DNA of 48,910 nucleotides from Octopus bimaculoides (Eukaryota), in contig NC_068996.1 of assembly GCF_001194135.2 (NCBI RefSeq), positions 14,450,810 through 14,499,719 of the forward strand. Reading direction: 5' to 3'. Positions 1 to 10,495 of the stretch are shown here, one piece after another (positions within the stretch are counted from its first letter, which is position 1; each line of letters opens with the position of its first letter). The notes beneath the pieces were generated by a model. The model did not search any database and was not told where the DNA came from. It saw only the letters and a list, made by a program, of their open reading frames with translations. The position numbers were made by a program, and so were the translations under genes.

Positions 1-327
1 ATGTTCTTGTTTTTTTTTCTTCTTTCTTCAAATTTTCTTCCATTTCTCGCCGAGTGTTTTCCGTACACCTAGGGCAGAGAAGCTCATTGTATGCATTCCC
101 AGTTTACACACAAGCAAATACACAGGTAAAATATGTATGTAAAAAGATTAATCAATAAATGAATTCATGAACGGATGTTATTTTCACAGCGATAATGCTC
201 TTCTCAATACATGAGTCGTTCCAGTTAACACGATTTTTTGCACTTCCTGTAGGGATGGTAAGCCTGGTATCATTTTGAAATAGGTTTCAGCACCTTTTTT
301 TAAAATCATTCCTAGAGATCCTACAAT
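1..327 (-). mobile_element. 3' end (RLE C-terminus plus 3' UTR) of an R4/Dong-type non-LTR retrotransposon, 5'-truncated at a (TTA)n tract
   Basis: Minus ORF ends VIVGSLGMILKKGAETYFKMIPGLPSLQEVQKIVLTGTTHVLRRALSL, the same C-terminus as at 1958-2075 and 5157-5423. Bases 40-110 match the reverse complement of the UTR at 5570-5625. Confidence 0.8.
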
Positions 328-330
328 CAC

Positions 331-388
<58 letters not shown>
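328..388. repeat. (TTA/AAT)n microsatellite
   Basis: Direct read. Confidence 0.98.
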
Positions 389-814
389 GCAATTGATTTC
401 CATTTGCACAAAATGAATGTTAAAAGCCCATTTCACGAAATCTAACAGAAAAACAATAAAAACAAAAACAACAAGAACCACCAGCACTAACAAGAGTGAA
501 GTACCGACTTTTGTGTTGCTGTCATGTATCTTTGTTTCATCATCTCTACAAAAATTGTGACCTTGTAATAATGTTAAGAAATCGTTATTGCAGTCAGTGG
601 TGCAACATCGATGGAATATTATTGGCACAGCTGCAGATAGCAACTGAACATCAATAATCAGTAAGATTATGCGATACCAAAATAGAACAGATATCATTTT
701 CCGGTCATGTAATTCGTAATAAAAAAAAATACTGTTGTCGAAGACTCCTTTTTCAAAATACAAGTGTAGCTTTACTGTGAACAATGGCTGGTAATACTGT
801 TGACAGAAAGTGTA

Positions 815-995
815 ATATATTTTGTGGAACGAGTGTAGTCTATTACCGAGCCCGGTGCTCAACAGGTAATTATTATTTTATCGACCCAAAATGTCGAAAG
901 GAAAATTCGACCTCGGTGACATTGAACTCAAAAGACGAAACTGGAAGAAATGCCACTTAGTATTTTGTTTGACATGCTAACGATTCTGACAGCTC

Positions 996-996
<1 letters not shown>
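815..996 (-). mobile_element. Diverged tRNA-derived SINE, family B
   Basis: Reverse complement aligns by eye with the full copy at 12216-12426. Confidence 0.65.
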
Positions 997-1069
<73 letters not shown>

Positions 1070-1098
1070 GATGATGATAATAATAATAATAATAATGA
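997..1098. repeat. (AAT)n/(GAT)n microsatellite running into an assembly gap
   Basis: Direct read. Confidence 0.98.
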
Positions 1099-1957
1099 NN
1101 NNNNNNNNNNNNNNNNNNNNNNNNNNNNNNNNNNNNNNNNNNNNNNNNNNNNNNNNNNNNNNNNNNNNNNNNNNNNNNNNNNNNNNNNNNNNNNNNNNNN
1201 NNNNNNNNNNNNNNNNNNNNNNNNNNNNNNNNNNNNNNNNNNNNNNNNNNNNNNNNNNNNNNNNNNNNNNNNNNNNNNNNNNNNNNNNNNNNNNNNNNNN
1301 NNNNNNNNNNNNNNNNNNNNNNNNNNNNNNNNNNNNNNNNNNNNNNNNNNNNNNNNNNNNNNNNNNNNNNNNNNNNNNNNNNNNNNNNNNNNNNNNNNNN
1401 NNNNNNNNNNNNNNNNNNNNNNNNNNNNNNNNNNNNNNNNNNNNNNNNNNNNNNNNNNNNNNNNNNNNNNNNNNNNNNNNNNNNNNNNNNNNNNNNNNNN
1501 NNNNNNNNNNNNNNNNNNNNNNNNNNNNNNNNNNNNNNNNNNNNNNNNNNNNNNNNNNNNNNNNNNNNNNNNNNNNNNNNNNNNNNNNNNNNNNNNNNNN
1601 NNNNNNNNNNNNNNNNNNNNNNNNNNNNNNNNNNNNNNNNNNNNNNNNNNNNNNNNNNNNNNNNNNNNNNNNNNNNNNNNNNNNNNNNNNNNNNNNNNNN
1701 NNNNNNNNNNNNNNNNNNNNNNNNNNNNNNNNNNNNNNNNNNNNNNNNNNNNNNNNNNNNNNNNNNNNNNNNNNNNNNNNNNNNNNNNNNNNNNNNNNNN
1801 NNNNNNNNNNNNNNNNNNNNNNNNNNNNNNNNNNNNNNNNNNNNNNNNNNNNNNNNNNNNNNNNNNNNNNNNNNNNNNNNNNNNNNNNNNNNNNNNNNNN
1901 NNNNNNNNNNNNNNNNNNNNNNNNNNNNNNNNNNNNNNNNNNNNNNNNNNNNNNNNN
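1099..1957. other. Assembly gap. Other gaps: 18511-19178, 23073-23082, 31164-31623, 36642-36997, 38665-38887, 44228-44586, 45206-45955
   Basis: Runs of N, mostly bordered by microsatellites. Confidence 1.
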
Positions 1958-2290
1958 AGCGAAACGGGCTGATTACTACCTAGCTCAGATACCAGGAAAC
2001 CCCAAAATGGCTGAAGTTCAAAAGATAGTGCTCATGGGAACTGCCCATATCCTACGTAAAATACTGTCTATGTGATCTCAAATTTTAAAGCAAACACATA
2101 ATTTTCTTATGGTTTCTTAAACATTCACTAGAACAAAACTGTACAAATCCAAATATATGGTACCCTAGGCATAACACCTACATGAACTTCTAACTTGTTG
2201 TCTCTTGAGGTCTCTGGGTGAGACTTGGATCCAACTTGTACAAATGCAAAACAAAAGTCAAACATAAAATAATAACAATAATAATAATAA
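1958..2290 (+). mobile_element. R4/Dong-type LINE 3' end with 3' UTR ending in (AAT)n
   Basis: ADYYLAQIPGNPKMAEVQKIVLMGTAHILRKILSM-stop, then UTR and aataataat tail. Confidence 0.8.
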
Positions 2291-2291
2291 T

Positions 2292-2478
2292 CCTTTCTAC
2301 TATAGGTACAAGGCCTGAAATTTTGGAGTGGGGACTAGTCGATTTCATCGACCCAGTGTTTTACTGGTACTTAATTTATCGATCTCCAAAGGATAAAATA
2401 TAAAGTCGACCTTGGCGGAAAGGTAAAGTCGATCTGACGAAATACGGCGAAGAATTTCGCCCGGCGTGCTTGCCGCCT
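2292..2478 (-). mobile_element. SINE family B, internally deleted
   Basis: gactagtcgatttcatcgacccagtg...aaagtcgaccttggcggaa...ccggcgtgct is the reverse complement of the family B body. Confidence 0.75.
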
Positions 2479-2500
2479 GAATAATAATAATAATAATAAT

Positions 2501-2945
2501 GCCCTGATGCAATACCAGGCAGTAGCTTTCATGACTGCTGGTCTTAACTGATTGGAAGTGTTATCATGTACATTGTTTTTTTCTTGGTGTATAAGATGGG
2601 CTACAGAAAATATTCTGTTCAATACTACAGATTTGCTTGTCAGTTGTTTCACCTTAACCAGTTGAACATGTCCCTGAGTGGCTGACAATATGTGCATCTC
2701 TGATCACAAGCAGAAGAGGTGGGTAGCATCATAGCCATGTGTTGAGAGGGATTGAATAATTCACCTTTGGAAACGGGTGTTTCATTCAACATTCTTAAAC
2801 AACCCTTATTCAGGGATCTTTTGAGTGGGATGGGCTACTCAACCTGAAGAAAATTCTAAGTGGGCCCCAACTGCAAAATCAGGCACTCTCTATCTTGAAA
2901 TGAGATTACCATGTCGCGCACATATGTTTGTGATGCATGTCTCTG
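2501..2945. mobile_element. Unclassified interspersed repeat; a partial inverted second copy lies at 4385-4525
   Basis: 2790-2945 matches the reverse complement of 4385-4525 at roughly 75% by eye. Confidence 0.55.
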
Positions 2946-2989
2946 GTTTATCCTTATCAGATGGGTAGTTATGATGAGTATACTGGGCT

Positions 2990-3300
2990 TCGTATGTTTT
3001 ATCCCATACCCCTTTGACTCACGAATAGTTAAGAAGGAAAACGAAAAGATAGATAGATACAATCCTGTTATGTACGAAATAACCCGGCTATGGAAAATGA
3101 AGAAGATTATTGTTGGGTCCTTGGGAACAGTATCAAAAGGCATCAAGAGGAATATAAAGAAAATTAGAATAGAGTTTCCAGTAGAACTGTTCCAAAAGGT
3201 TTGCTTCCAAGGCACGGTCTGAAAAGAACGAATACCATGGTACTGTAAGACTCCAGGAGCTCCAACAAAACCTGAAATAAGAGAAAATAATAATAATAAT
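2990..3300 (+). mobile_element. R4/Dong-type LINE restriction-like endonuclease C-terminal fragment plus (AAT)n tail
   Basis: IPYPFDSRIVKKENEKIDRYNPVMYEITRLWKMKKIIVGSLG is the RLE motif region (P-x-D...KE-x-EK...Y...W...I-x-VGALG). Confidence 0.8.
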
Positions 3301-3329
3301 TACTAAAAACAGTTAATAAAGATCAGGTA

Positions 3330-3582
3330 CTATGAAGTGCGTAATAAAGGAAAAGGAGAATAATGAAATACAAAGGGAGCACGCCAGACAAACCGAAGAG
3401 AAACTTTTGCATGCCAAATTTTGGAGATCAACTGAAGACGTATGTGGAACAAAATCCTGGACTAGGTTTAAAAAAAGGGCAAGTAAAAAAAGAGACAGAG
3501 AGCCTAATTGTTGCAACCCAAGATCAAGCGATAAAAACAAATAACTTGAGAAAAAATATATTTGGAGAGAATATGTCAGAAG
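3330..3582 (+). mobile_element. R4/Dong-type LINE fragment just upstream of the CCHC knuckle, frameshifted
   Basis: EEKLLHAKFWRS...KSW / KKGQVKKETESLIVATQDQAIKTN, homologous to KKETESTILAVQDQALATN at 43130-43190. Confidence 0.75.
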
Positions 3583-4365
3583 ACACGGATATACTGTTAG
3601 ACGGGCTTGTCCAAGGTGCACGCAGAGTGACGAAACCGTTCTGCACGCCCTCGTTCAGTGTCCGGACGTTGCTGACTTGTGGAGTTATGTTGAATAGCTT
3701 CTGTCACGTGTGGGACGGATCCGTCTGTCGGCTGAATCTGTAGTGATGATCACACCACCAACCTCCTTCAATCGGGCAGGCAAGGCAGTTTTGCTTCACC
3801 TAGTGGTTATGGCGAAAGAAGTTGTATGGTGGACAAGGCTGAAAGGCATGAGGACAGATATGTTGCCCTTTGGTAGAGCTCTCATTGACTTTTTCAAGTT
3901 TCACTTGAAAAGGAAATTGAGAGTGGAGAGGGAAGTTCTGTCCTCGAGTGAGTTTATCGAAAGGTGAAAGTTACGAAAATGGCAAGTGTGGATGGAACTT
4001 CTCTCAGTGTAGACCTGTGACTCGGAGAGAAGAATTGGAGAGGGTACTTGCTCCTGGGGGGGGGGGATTTCAGTGAAATCTCGGACAGTGAGGTTCCTCG
4101 ATTATCCTTAGAGACCTTCCTGTATCAGGATGGCCACATCTCTATCATCCTCCCTGCCACTATTGTTTTCTTTTTTAAACCTTTGTTATGCTATGCATAT
4201 GTCCCTTCATTCTCAGTGTATGCTGTGTATACTTACTTTCATTCTTTGGTTTGTTTTTGCTTTTTTTTTATCATTTCATCATATGTATACCCCTTCATTT
4301 TACGTCTGTCTTTGTATTGTCCCTCTCATCCTTTGCCCTTCTGGCAAATAAACGAAATTATTATG
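3583..4365 (+). mobile_element. 5'-truncated Tx1/L1-clade LINE: CCHC knuckle, ORF2 C-terminus, T-rich 3' UTR and AATAAA
   Basis: Frame reads HGYTVRRACPRCTQSDETVLHALVQCPDVADLWSYVE*LLSRVGRIRLSAESVVM...AKEVVWWTRLKG...FFKFHLKRKLRVEREVL. AATAAA near 4347. Confidence 0.75.
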
Positions 4366-4524
4366 CACATGCATCACAATCACGTAAGCGCAACATGGTG
4401 ATCTCATATCAAGATGAATAGCGCATGACCTTGCAGATGGAGCTCACTTAGAATTTTCATCAGGTCGAATAGCACATCCCGCTCAAAAGGTCCTTAAATA
4501 CGGTTTGTTTAAGGATGCTAAAAC

Positions 4525-5650
4525 TCGTTGAAAACCACAAGAGATGTAAGAAGGTTCAGCCATGAAAGAGAACCAAAAAATTGCTAGTGAGTTTATGCAT
4601 AATACCCAGGTTGAACTGCACGAGGGAAGTGCAGCAACTGTAGTTGCAAAGAAGGTTAAATAAATAGCAAAGCAAAATGCGTTTGAACAATTGGCTGATA
4701 GATGGGAACAAAAACCTCTGCATGGCAAATATGTGGCCCCTAGCAAACAAGCTGATGTAGACCAGAAGCACACCCATCAGTGGCTACGGAGCTCAGGGCT
4801 AAAGGCAGAAAGTGAAGGCTTTATCTTAGGTGCTCAAGATCAGAGCTTATTGACCTGGAACTACCAAGCCAATATTATGAAAAATGGAGTAGACCCAAAG
4901 TGCCGATTTAAGGTTTTAGCACTGGTAGAGTATAATTCAAGACATAATAGAGTTGGCTTATAACTAAAGTGGATAATACATCGGCATTATAAAATCAAAA
5001 CTACTGACAAATAGTACAAGCACCACTCAGAGGCTATAACAGAGGGAGAAAATATAACGATTCTTTGGGACTTTCCAGCGCATATAGACCAGACCTTCAA
5101 AACTAATAAACCAAATATTGCTTTGAAAAACCAAAACGATAAAGTCTGTTTATTGATTGTCATCAGCATACCTTGTGATCATAATATCTTGGCAAAAGAA
5201 TTTGATAAACTCAGAACATATAAAGATTTGTTGGTTGAAATCGAAAAAAAGTGATATCTCAAAAACGGTTACAATACCAGTAATTGTAGGAGCACTTGGA
5301 ATAATCAAAAATGTAATTGAAAATCATTTGAGGATGATCCCTGGCTTATCATCCATGCAGAAGGTGCAAAGGATTCTTTTAATTGGTACGTCACACGTAT
5401 TGGGAAGAGAATTGGCGTTGTGAATTTTCTTTCCTTTCTTTCCTTCATTTTCTTTTTCTTTTCTTCATTTTCTTTTCTTGTTTCCTTTTTCTCCCTATCT
5501 TTCTTCTATTTTTCCATCACATGACTTTGTAAATGAACAATCTGGTGTGTTTAATTGTAATGGCGTACCAATGTATGCAATGAGCTTCTTCGCTCTAGCT
5601 GTTGGGAAGACACTTAGCCAGAAAGGTATAAGGCTCGTTCAGTCGGAACA
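4525..5650 (+). mobile_element. R4/Dong-type LINE 3' region (thumb, partial CCHC, RLE, 3' UTR), decayed
   Basis: ADRWEQKPLHGKY...QWLRSSGLKAESEGFILGAQDQSLLTWNYQANIMKNGVDPKCRF; ITILWDF...NKPNI; TIPVIVGALGII...MIPGLSSMQKVQRILLIGTSHVLGRELAL. Confidence 0.85.
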
Positions 5651-6085
5651 TTCGCGCAACATTCACCTGCCTTTTAAGAAAATTGCATTGCATCTTGTAT
5701 TTCCGCGACCTTACGACCGCGATCTGAATACTCCCAATCCACTCAGTCACGCTCGCCTTCACTCATTCTTTTAGACACTACACTAATCACCACGTTCATT
5801 TCTTCCACCCTTGAACATAATCTCTCTGAAAAATTCTTCCGGTACATTACAGTTATAAGCTGAACATTAATGGCATCTTCTCAACTTATTTCAGTGTTAC
5901 TCGTCAAAACTTAAATATATATAATATTAACACAGCCGAATGTTATAATATTTCAACTATACATCTGGAGGAAAAATGTATACCAAAATGATATCTCGGA
6001 AAAAATTTTTAAATACAGGCTTAAAGTGATTACGTAAATGGTGAATATTATATCTAGAGTGACGGTTCTTTTTACAAGTTAAATT

Positions 6086-6366
6086 GCGAATTATATTCCC
6101 AGAAAGGTACTTCTGTTTTGCTAATTGATCTGTTGTGACATGTAACTTTGGTAAACCTTATCAAAAGAACATCTAAGCACCAGGTAACTTTAACTTTGTT
6201 ATGACAAGTCTACATGTTATAGATTAGCTTAAAATATCCTTAGTATAAACTCAGTTTATTGCTGAAATCAGTTCTCATGGGAAAAATTACGGTGAGAAAA
6301 AAAAATGAATCTTCACCTGTGCAGGTTGTTAGTGGCATTCACCTCTACAATAAGGAAAACTTTACT
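6086..6366 (-). repeat. Unclassified ~300-bp cassette unit, copy 1 (only inverted copy)
   Basis: Reverse complement contains acctgcacaggtgaa, ctcaccgtaatttttcccatgagaactga, aataaactgagtttata, ttgtcataacaaag, gttacctggtgcttagatgttctttt, gtttaccaaagttacatgtcacaac. Confidence 0.9.
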
Positions 6367-6469
6367 GAGGAAACCTCAAGATGATCACTTCATCTCTCGA
6401 AAATAGTAGTCAGATCTTACTCAAAATCACAAAGAATATTCTAAATAATACACAGACGGACGCACACAC

Positions 6470-6660
6470 ACACACACTCACACTCTCCTGCACACATACA
6501 CACACACGCTCTCCTGCACACATACACATACACTCACGCTCTCCTGCACACATACACACACACTCACGCTCTCCTGCACACATACACACACACTTACGCT
6601 CACACACACAAACACACATGCAGACACACAAACCCACACACACACACGCACACACAAGCA
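6470..6660. repeat. (CA)n-derived tract containing a 30-bp minisatellite (cacacactcacgctctcctgcacacataca), about 4 units
   Basis: Direct read. Confidence 0.9.
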
Positions 6661-6755
6661 CACGAGGTGGTATCAAAAAGTTCCCGGATTAGTTCTGTAA
6701 CGTGCCAACAGATGACAGCACATGGTTGCGTGTGCAGTGAGAGCTAGCTCGTATG
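6661..6755 (+). mobile_element. Mariner/Tc1-type MITE terminal fragment
   Basis: cacgaggtggtatcaaaaagttcccgga resembles the TIR of the element at 32055-32275 (cacgagggggtgctgaaaagttaccgga). Confidence 0.55.
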
Positions 6756-7203
6756 TACAAGAGCGTCTGAGAAAGTTGAATAATTCGAACATTCGAAACT
6801 TAAATATTTGTTGTTGCTTAGGTGATAAATTGTATTAGGCTTATTAAACTTGAACCCATAAATTGCTAACAGTTATCGTTTCCACACAGAAATTACTAAA
6901 AATCCAATATCTCAGAATAGCACAATGTAATACGAATTCTTGAGCATGTCAATAATTGAAAGTCGGTTCCTGGATACATGTATTTGGTTATGACAGATTT
7001 GAGTTCAATAAACGAAAAGAACTTCAATAGGTCGTATTTTAAAGGAAACAGACCTTTGGCAGATGTCAGGCATTTATAATCTCAGCAAAAGATGATAATG
7101 ACGGGAACGTCCTTGGTGATAATTCTGCTTGCTTAGGACAGACATTCTAATACCTACAACGACAACAACAACAATAACAGTCGTATTTAATTACACATTA
7201 GAC

Positions 7204-7421
7204 CAGTGGTTCTCAACCAATTTTTGCCTGTGGACCCCTTTGATTTTTATTTTACTCAATTCGATCCTCAGGACCGTTCGATGTTTTAAAAATCCTATGA
7301 TGTTTTCTATTTTCAAATATTATCAGGAATTGTATTAAAAGATCGTTAAAATATTTTATGCATTGTAGAAATGAAAACAAATTAGTGCAAAATCTTTATG
7401 GACACAGGTTGAGAACCACTG
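7204..7421. mobile_element. Complete hAT (Charlie-like) MITE
   Basis: 15-bp perfect TIRs cagtggttctcaacc / ggttgagaaccactg, with a perfect 8-bp TSD cattagac at 7196-7203 and 7422-7429. Confidence 0.92.
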
Positions 7422-8504
7422 CATTAGACAATATTGTCTGGCATACGGTTATTCTGAAAATAGATGAGACGATGATACTTGTAATATTTCTTTTTTTATT
7501 ATCGTCATCTGGATGGAGTTTGTATTAGAAAGAATATGAAGGAAAGCCATAGTAGATAATGCAATGTTACATACATTATATCTGAATATAAAATGGGATG
7601 GTCATATCTGGATTATATTTGATTGTATAAATTTAATAGATTGGAACTCACTAAAAGCTAAAGAGAGCAGCGGCAGCAACAACAACAACACACAGAACGA
7701 CAAATTAGACGGTAAAATCTATAATGAACTGATCAGTCGTGAGCTATACGTCAACAGTGGCAATAACAACAGCAGCAGCATCAACAGCAACGACAACAAC
7801 AACGAGAAAGGACACATTAGCAAATGCAAACCTAAATACATCATGTCTGAACTAAAGACAAGATTTTACAGGTGGAATCTTTGATAACTTGCCTGCTAGA
7901 TCAGTGCTGAGACTGCTAAACGACCACAACAACAATGTAACATTAAGAATACATTAATGTAGTCTTAGGTACACAATGTCTAAATGAAAGACTGGATGGT
8001 CAAGCTGGAACACTTCTGATCATAATCCAGATCGATAATTCTACTCGATAAGGGTTGACCTAGGGCTATATGTCAATCAACTACAAAGAAACATGAATAC
8101 CAGGTCATTGTTTCTAAATAAAAGCAGAATTGTCACAGCTGGAACAAATTTAATCAAAACTGTCTGGAACAAAAAAAAAAAAAAAATACCAAAAACAAAA
8201 CAAAGTAAAAGCACAGGGTGGTTATTGATGAATTCCACCCGATGTCTTTTCATTGTTTCGAGCAGAGGTCGAATCGGTAAAGCATCGTACTAAATTTCTT
8301 GTGGTATCTAGTTACGTTATTTTTTCTTTTTAACGTTCTGAAATTAAATACATCTTTGGACTGCTTTTATCTTTCATCTTTCAGAGACTGGTAAAATAAA
8401 GTGCCAATCAAATGGTTCATATCGTCGGCTATAAGCCACATCCCGTCACCCTAGATTTATAGCCTTGTGACTATATTAGACATCAATAATGTAGATGACT
8501 AAGG

Positions 8505-8640
8505 CCCCGCTCTGGCAGAATCATTAACGCGCCAGGCAAAAGATTAGCGACTTTCATCTGTTCTTACGTTCTGAATTCGAATTCCGTCGAGGTCGACTTT
8601 GCCTTTCATCCTTTTCGGGGTCGATAAGACAAATACCATT
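8505..8640 (+). mobile_element. SINE family B, 3'-truncated
   Basis: ctggcagaatcattaacgcgccagg (A-box-like), gaattcgaattcc (B-box-like), gaggtcgactttgcctttcatcc. Confidence 0.7.
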
Positions 8641-8904
8641 TTGCCTTTAATCCTTGTTTTAGTTAATTTTGAAAATAATGAAGAATTTAGTAAAATAACC
8701 CTTGTCATTATAATATAGCTTGTAATTGTAACAGAAATTGATATGAAATTTTGGAAGGTTTTTAACTTAGATTCTGCTTGGAACAAGAAGTTTGTATCGT
8801 AGAACTAGAAGTGCTCTCAGGCAGACTGATTTCAGAAAAGAAAGATGATAAGGAGTAATGTGGGATAGAGTTAGTTGCTATTTTCAACAAGTATAATAGC
8901 TACA

Positions 8905-9462
8905 TTGAACACGTCATGGTAAAGGTGAATTCCATTGACAACCTCTACAGGTGAAACGTTATTTTCTCATGAGAACGTCTTTCCCCGATATTTCTCATGA
9001 GAACTGACTTCAATAATAAACTGAGATTAGACAAAAGCATTTTTAAAAGGAATTCATAACATGTTGACTTGTCATAACAAAATGTAGTTTAACTGGTGCT
9101 TAGATGTTCTGTTAAAGTTTACCAAAGCTACATGTCACAAAAAAATCAATAACCAAAAAAGTATCTCTCTGGGAAATAAGCACAGCGTGTGTTCGCAAAC
9201 TTTCTCATGTTATGCTAGAGGTTAACGCCATCGACAGCCCGTATAGGTGAAATTCTTTTTTCTCACCGTAATTTTTCTCACGAGAACTTATGTAATAAAC
9301 TGATTTTAACCTAAGGATTTTGGACCATTTCATAACAAGCTGACTTGTCATAGCGAGATGTCGGTTATCTGGTGCTTATAAGTTCTTTTGTTGAAGTTTA
9401 CCAAAGCTATATGCCACAACAAATCAATTACTAAAATGTATGTCTCTAGAAATATAATTCCA
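8905..9462 (+). repeat. Cassette unit copies 2 and 3, head-to-tail dimer (junction near 9180)
   Basis: Two successive units carry the diagnostic motifs. Confidence 0.9.
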
Positions 9463-9959
9463 AGCTTGTTGATCTCCGTACATTTTTACTCATATGACAG
9501 CGAAATGTAATTTTACTTAAATATTATAGGCTCATGGTTGGAACATCAGGCCAAATTAGTAAAATATAGATTCCATGTTCAAACATCGGCATACCTGAAA
9601 AGTTAGATTTGAAGATGTTCCTCTATTAGGCATATCGAAATGTTGAGAGAGCAAAACAAGAATATTAAATAATAACATCTGACAAAATGCATAAACGAGT
9701 GTATGTATGGATGGATGCATGCATGCATCTATTTTCTCCAAACATTTTGCTTTGGTCTATTTAATTTAAAGCCAATATTGAACTGCTCTGTAGCAATGGT
9801 GTGAAGGAGAACATCTTGTGCTCATCATCCTTTAAATTTTATGAAAATCTTGCAGTTTTTCATAATCCCAGTTATCATGATCATTTGTAGGAAGAAAATT
9901 CACCATTTTTGCAGTTTGCTTATTTATATTTTTTTCTGAGATTTTCTAGTCTTTTAATT

Positions 9960-10310
9960 TTTACCTTTTACATGTCTCATAATAGGAATGTCCTTATCTT
10001 TTAAATCCCAAATGCATTTGCTAAGATTTGTAGAATTACTCTTACTTAAATGAATGAGAATGATTATGAAATCTAGATTTCTAAATTATAGCAGATGGAC
10101 CTATGTAATAATGTTTGTGATCCTTTGTTACCTTACACTGATAGACTATATTCTCCCTTGAACACTGATTTTCTAACGGGCTGACAATTTTGTCTTTACA
10201 ATTACACAGGCAGTTTTTCAATTGTATTTGGTACTCATGGTTAAAAGACTTGTTACTAGTCCTCCTCTCAGAATTAGGGATCATAAGTATTATTACTTAG
10301 ATTCATCTGC
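9960..10310 (-). mobile_element. Penelope-like element GIY-YIG endonuclease fragment
   Basis: CLCNCKDKIVSPLENQCSRENIVYQCKV...HYYIG, followed by KSRFHNHSH...LSKCIWDLKDK. Confidence 0.75.
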
Positions 10311-10495
10311 TACAATTTGGAAATCTAGATTTCATAAGTTTTCTCATTTAAGTATAGAAAATGTAATTGTGTAAGTCTTAGTAAATGCATTTGGGATTTA
10401 AAAGATAATATTTAGTATGATTTAAAGTGGTCCATTATTAGTTACGGACCGTCGTACAATATTGGCAATTCTACGTGTGATCTTTGCCGTGAAAA
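10303..10495 (+). mobile_element. Inverted second copy of the Penelope GIY-YIG C-terminal segment
   Basis: catctgctacaatttggaaatctagatttc mirrors 10070-10098. One frame reads LSKCIWDLKDNI*YDLKWSIISYGPSYNIGNSTCDLCRE. Confidence 0.7.

Noticed and set aside
5478-5774. 98-aa ORF in a slightly GC-richer segment
   Set aside because: Its first half overlaps the R4-type LINE 3' UTR, and no motif is recognisable in any frame.
7564-7884. 106-aa ORF with N/S-rich runs
   Set aside because: Driven by (AAC/AGC)n low complexity, with no recognisable domain or convincing splice pair.
9894-9914. gaaaattcaccatttttgcag matching the cassette 3' end
   Set aside because: An isolated ~20-bp match without the rest of the unit; it could be an extra decayed end, but I cannot support it as a copy.
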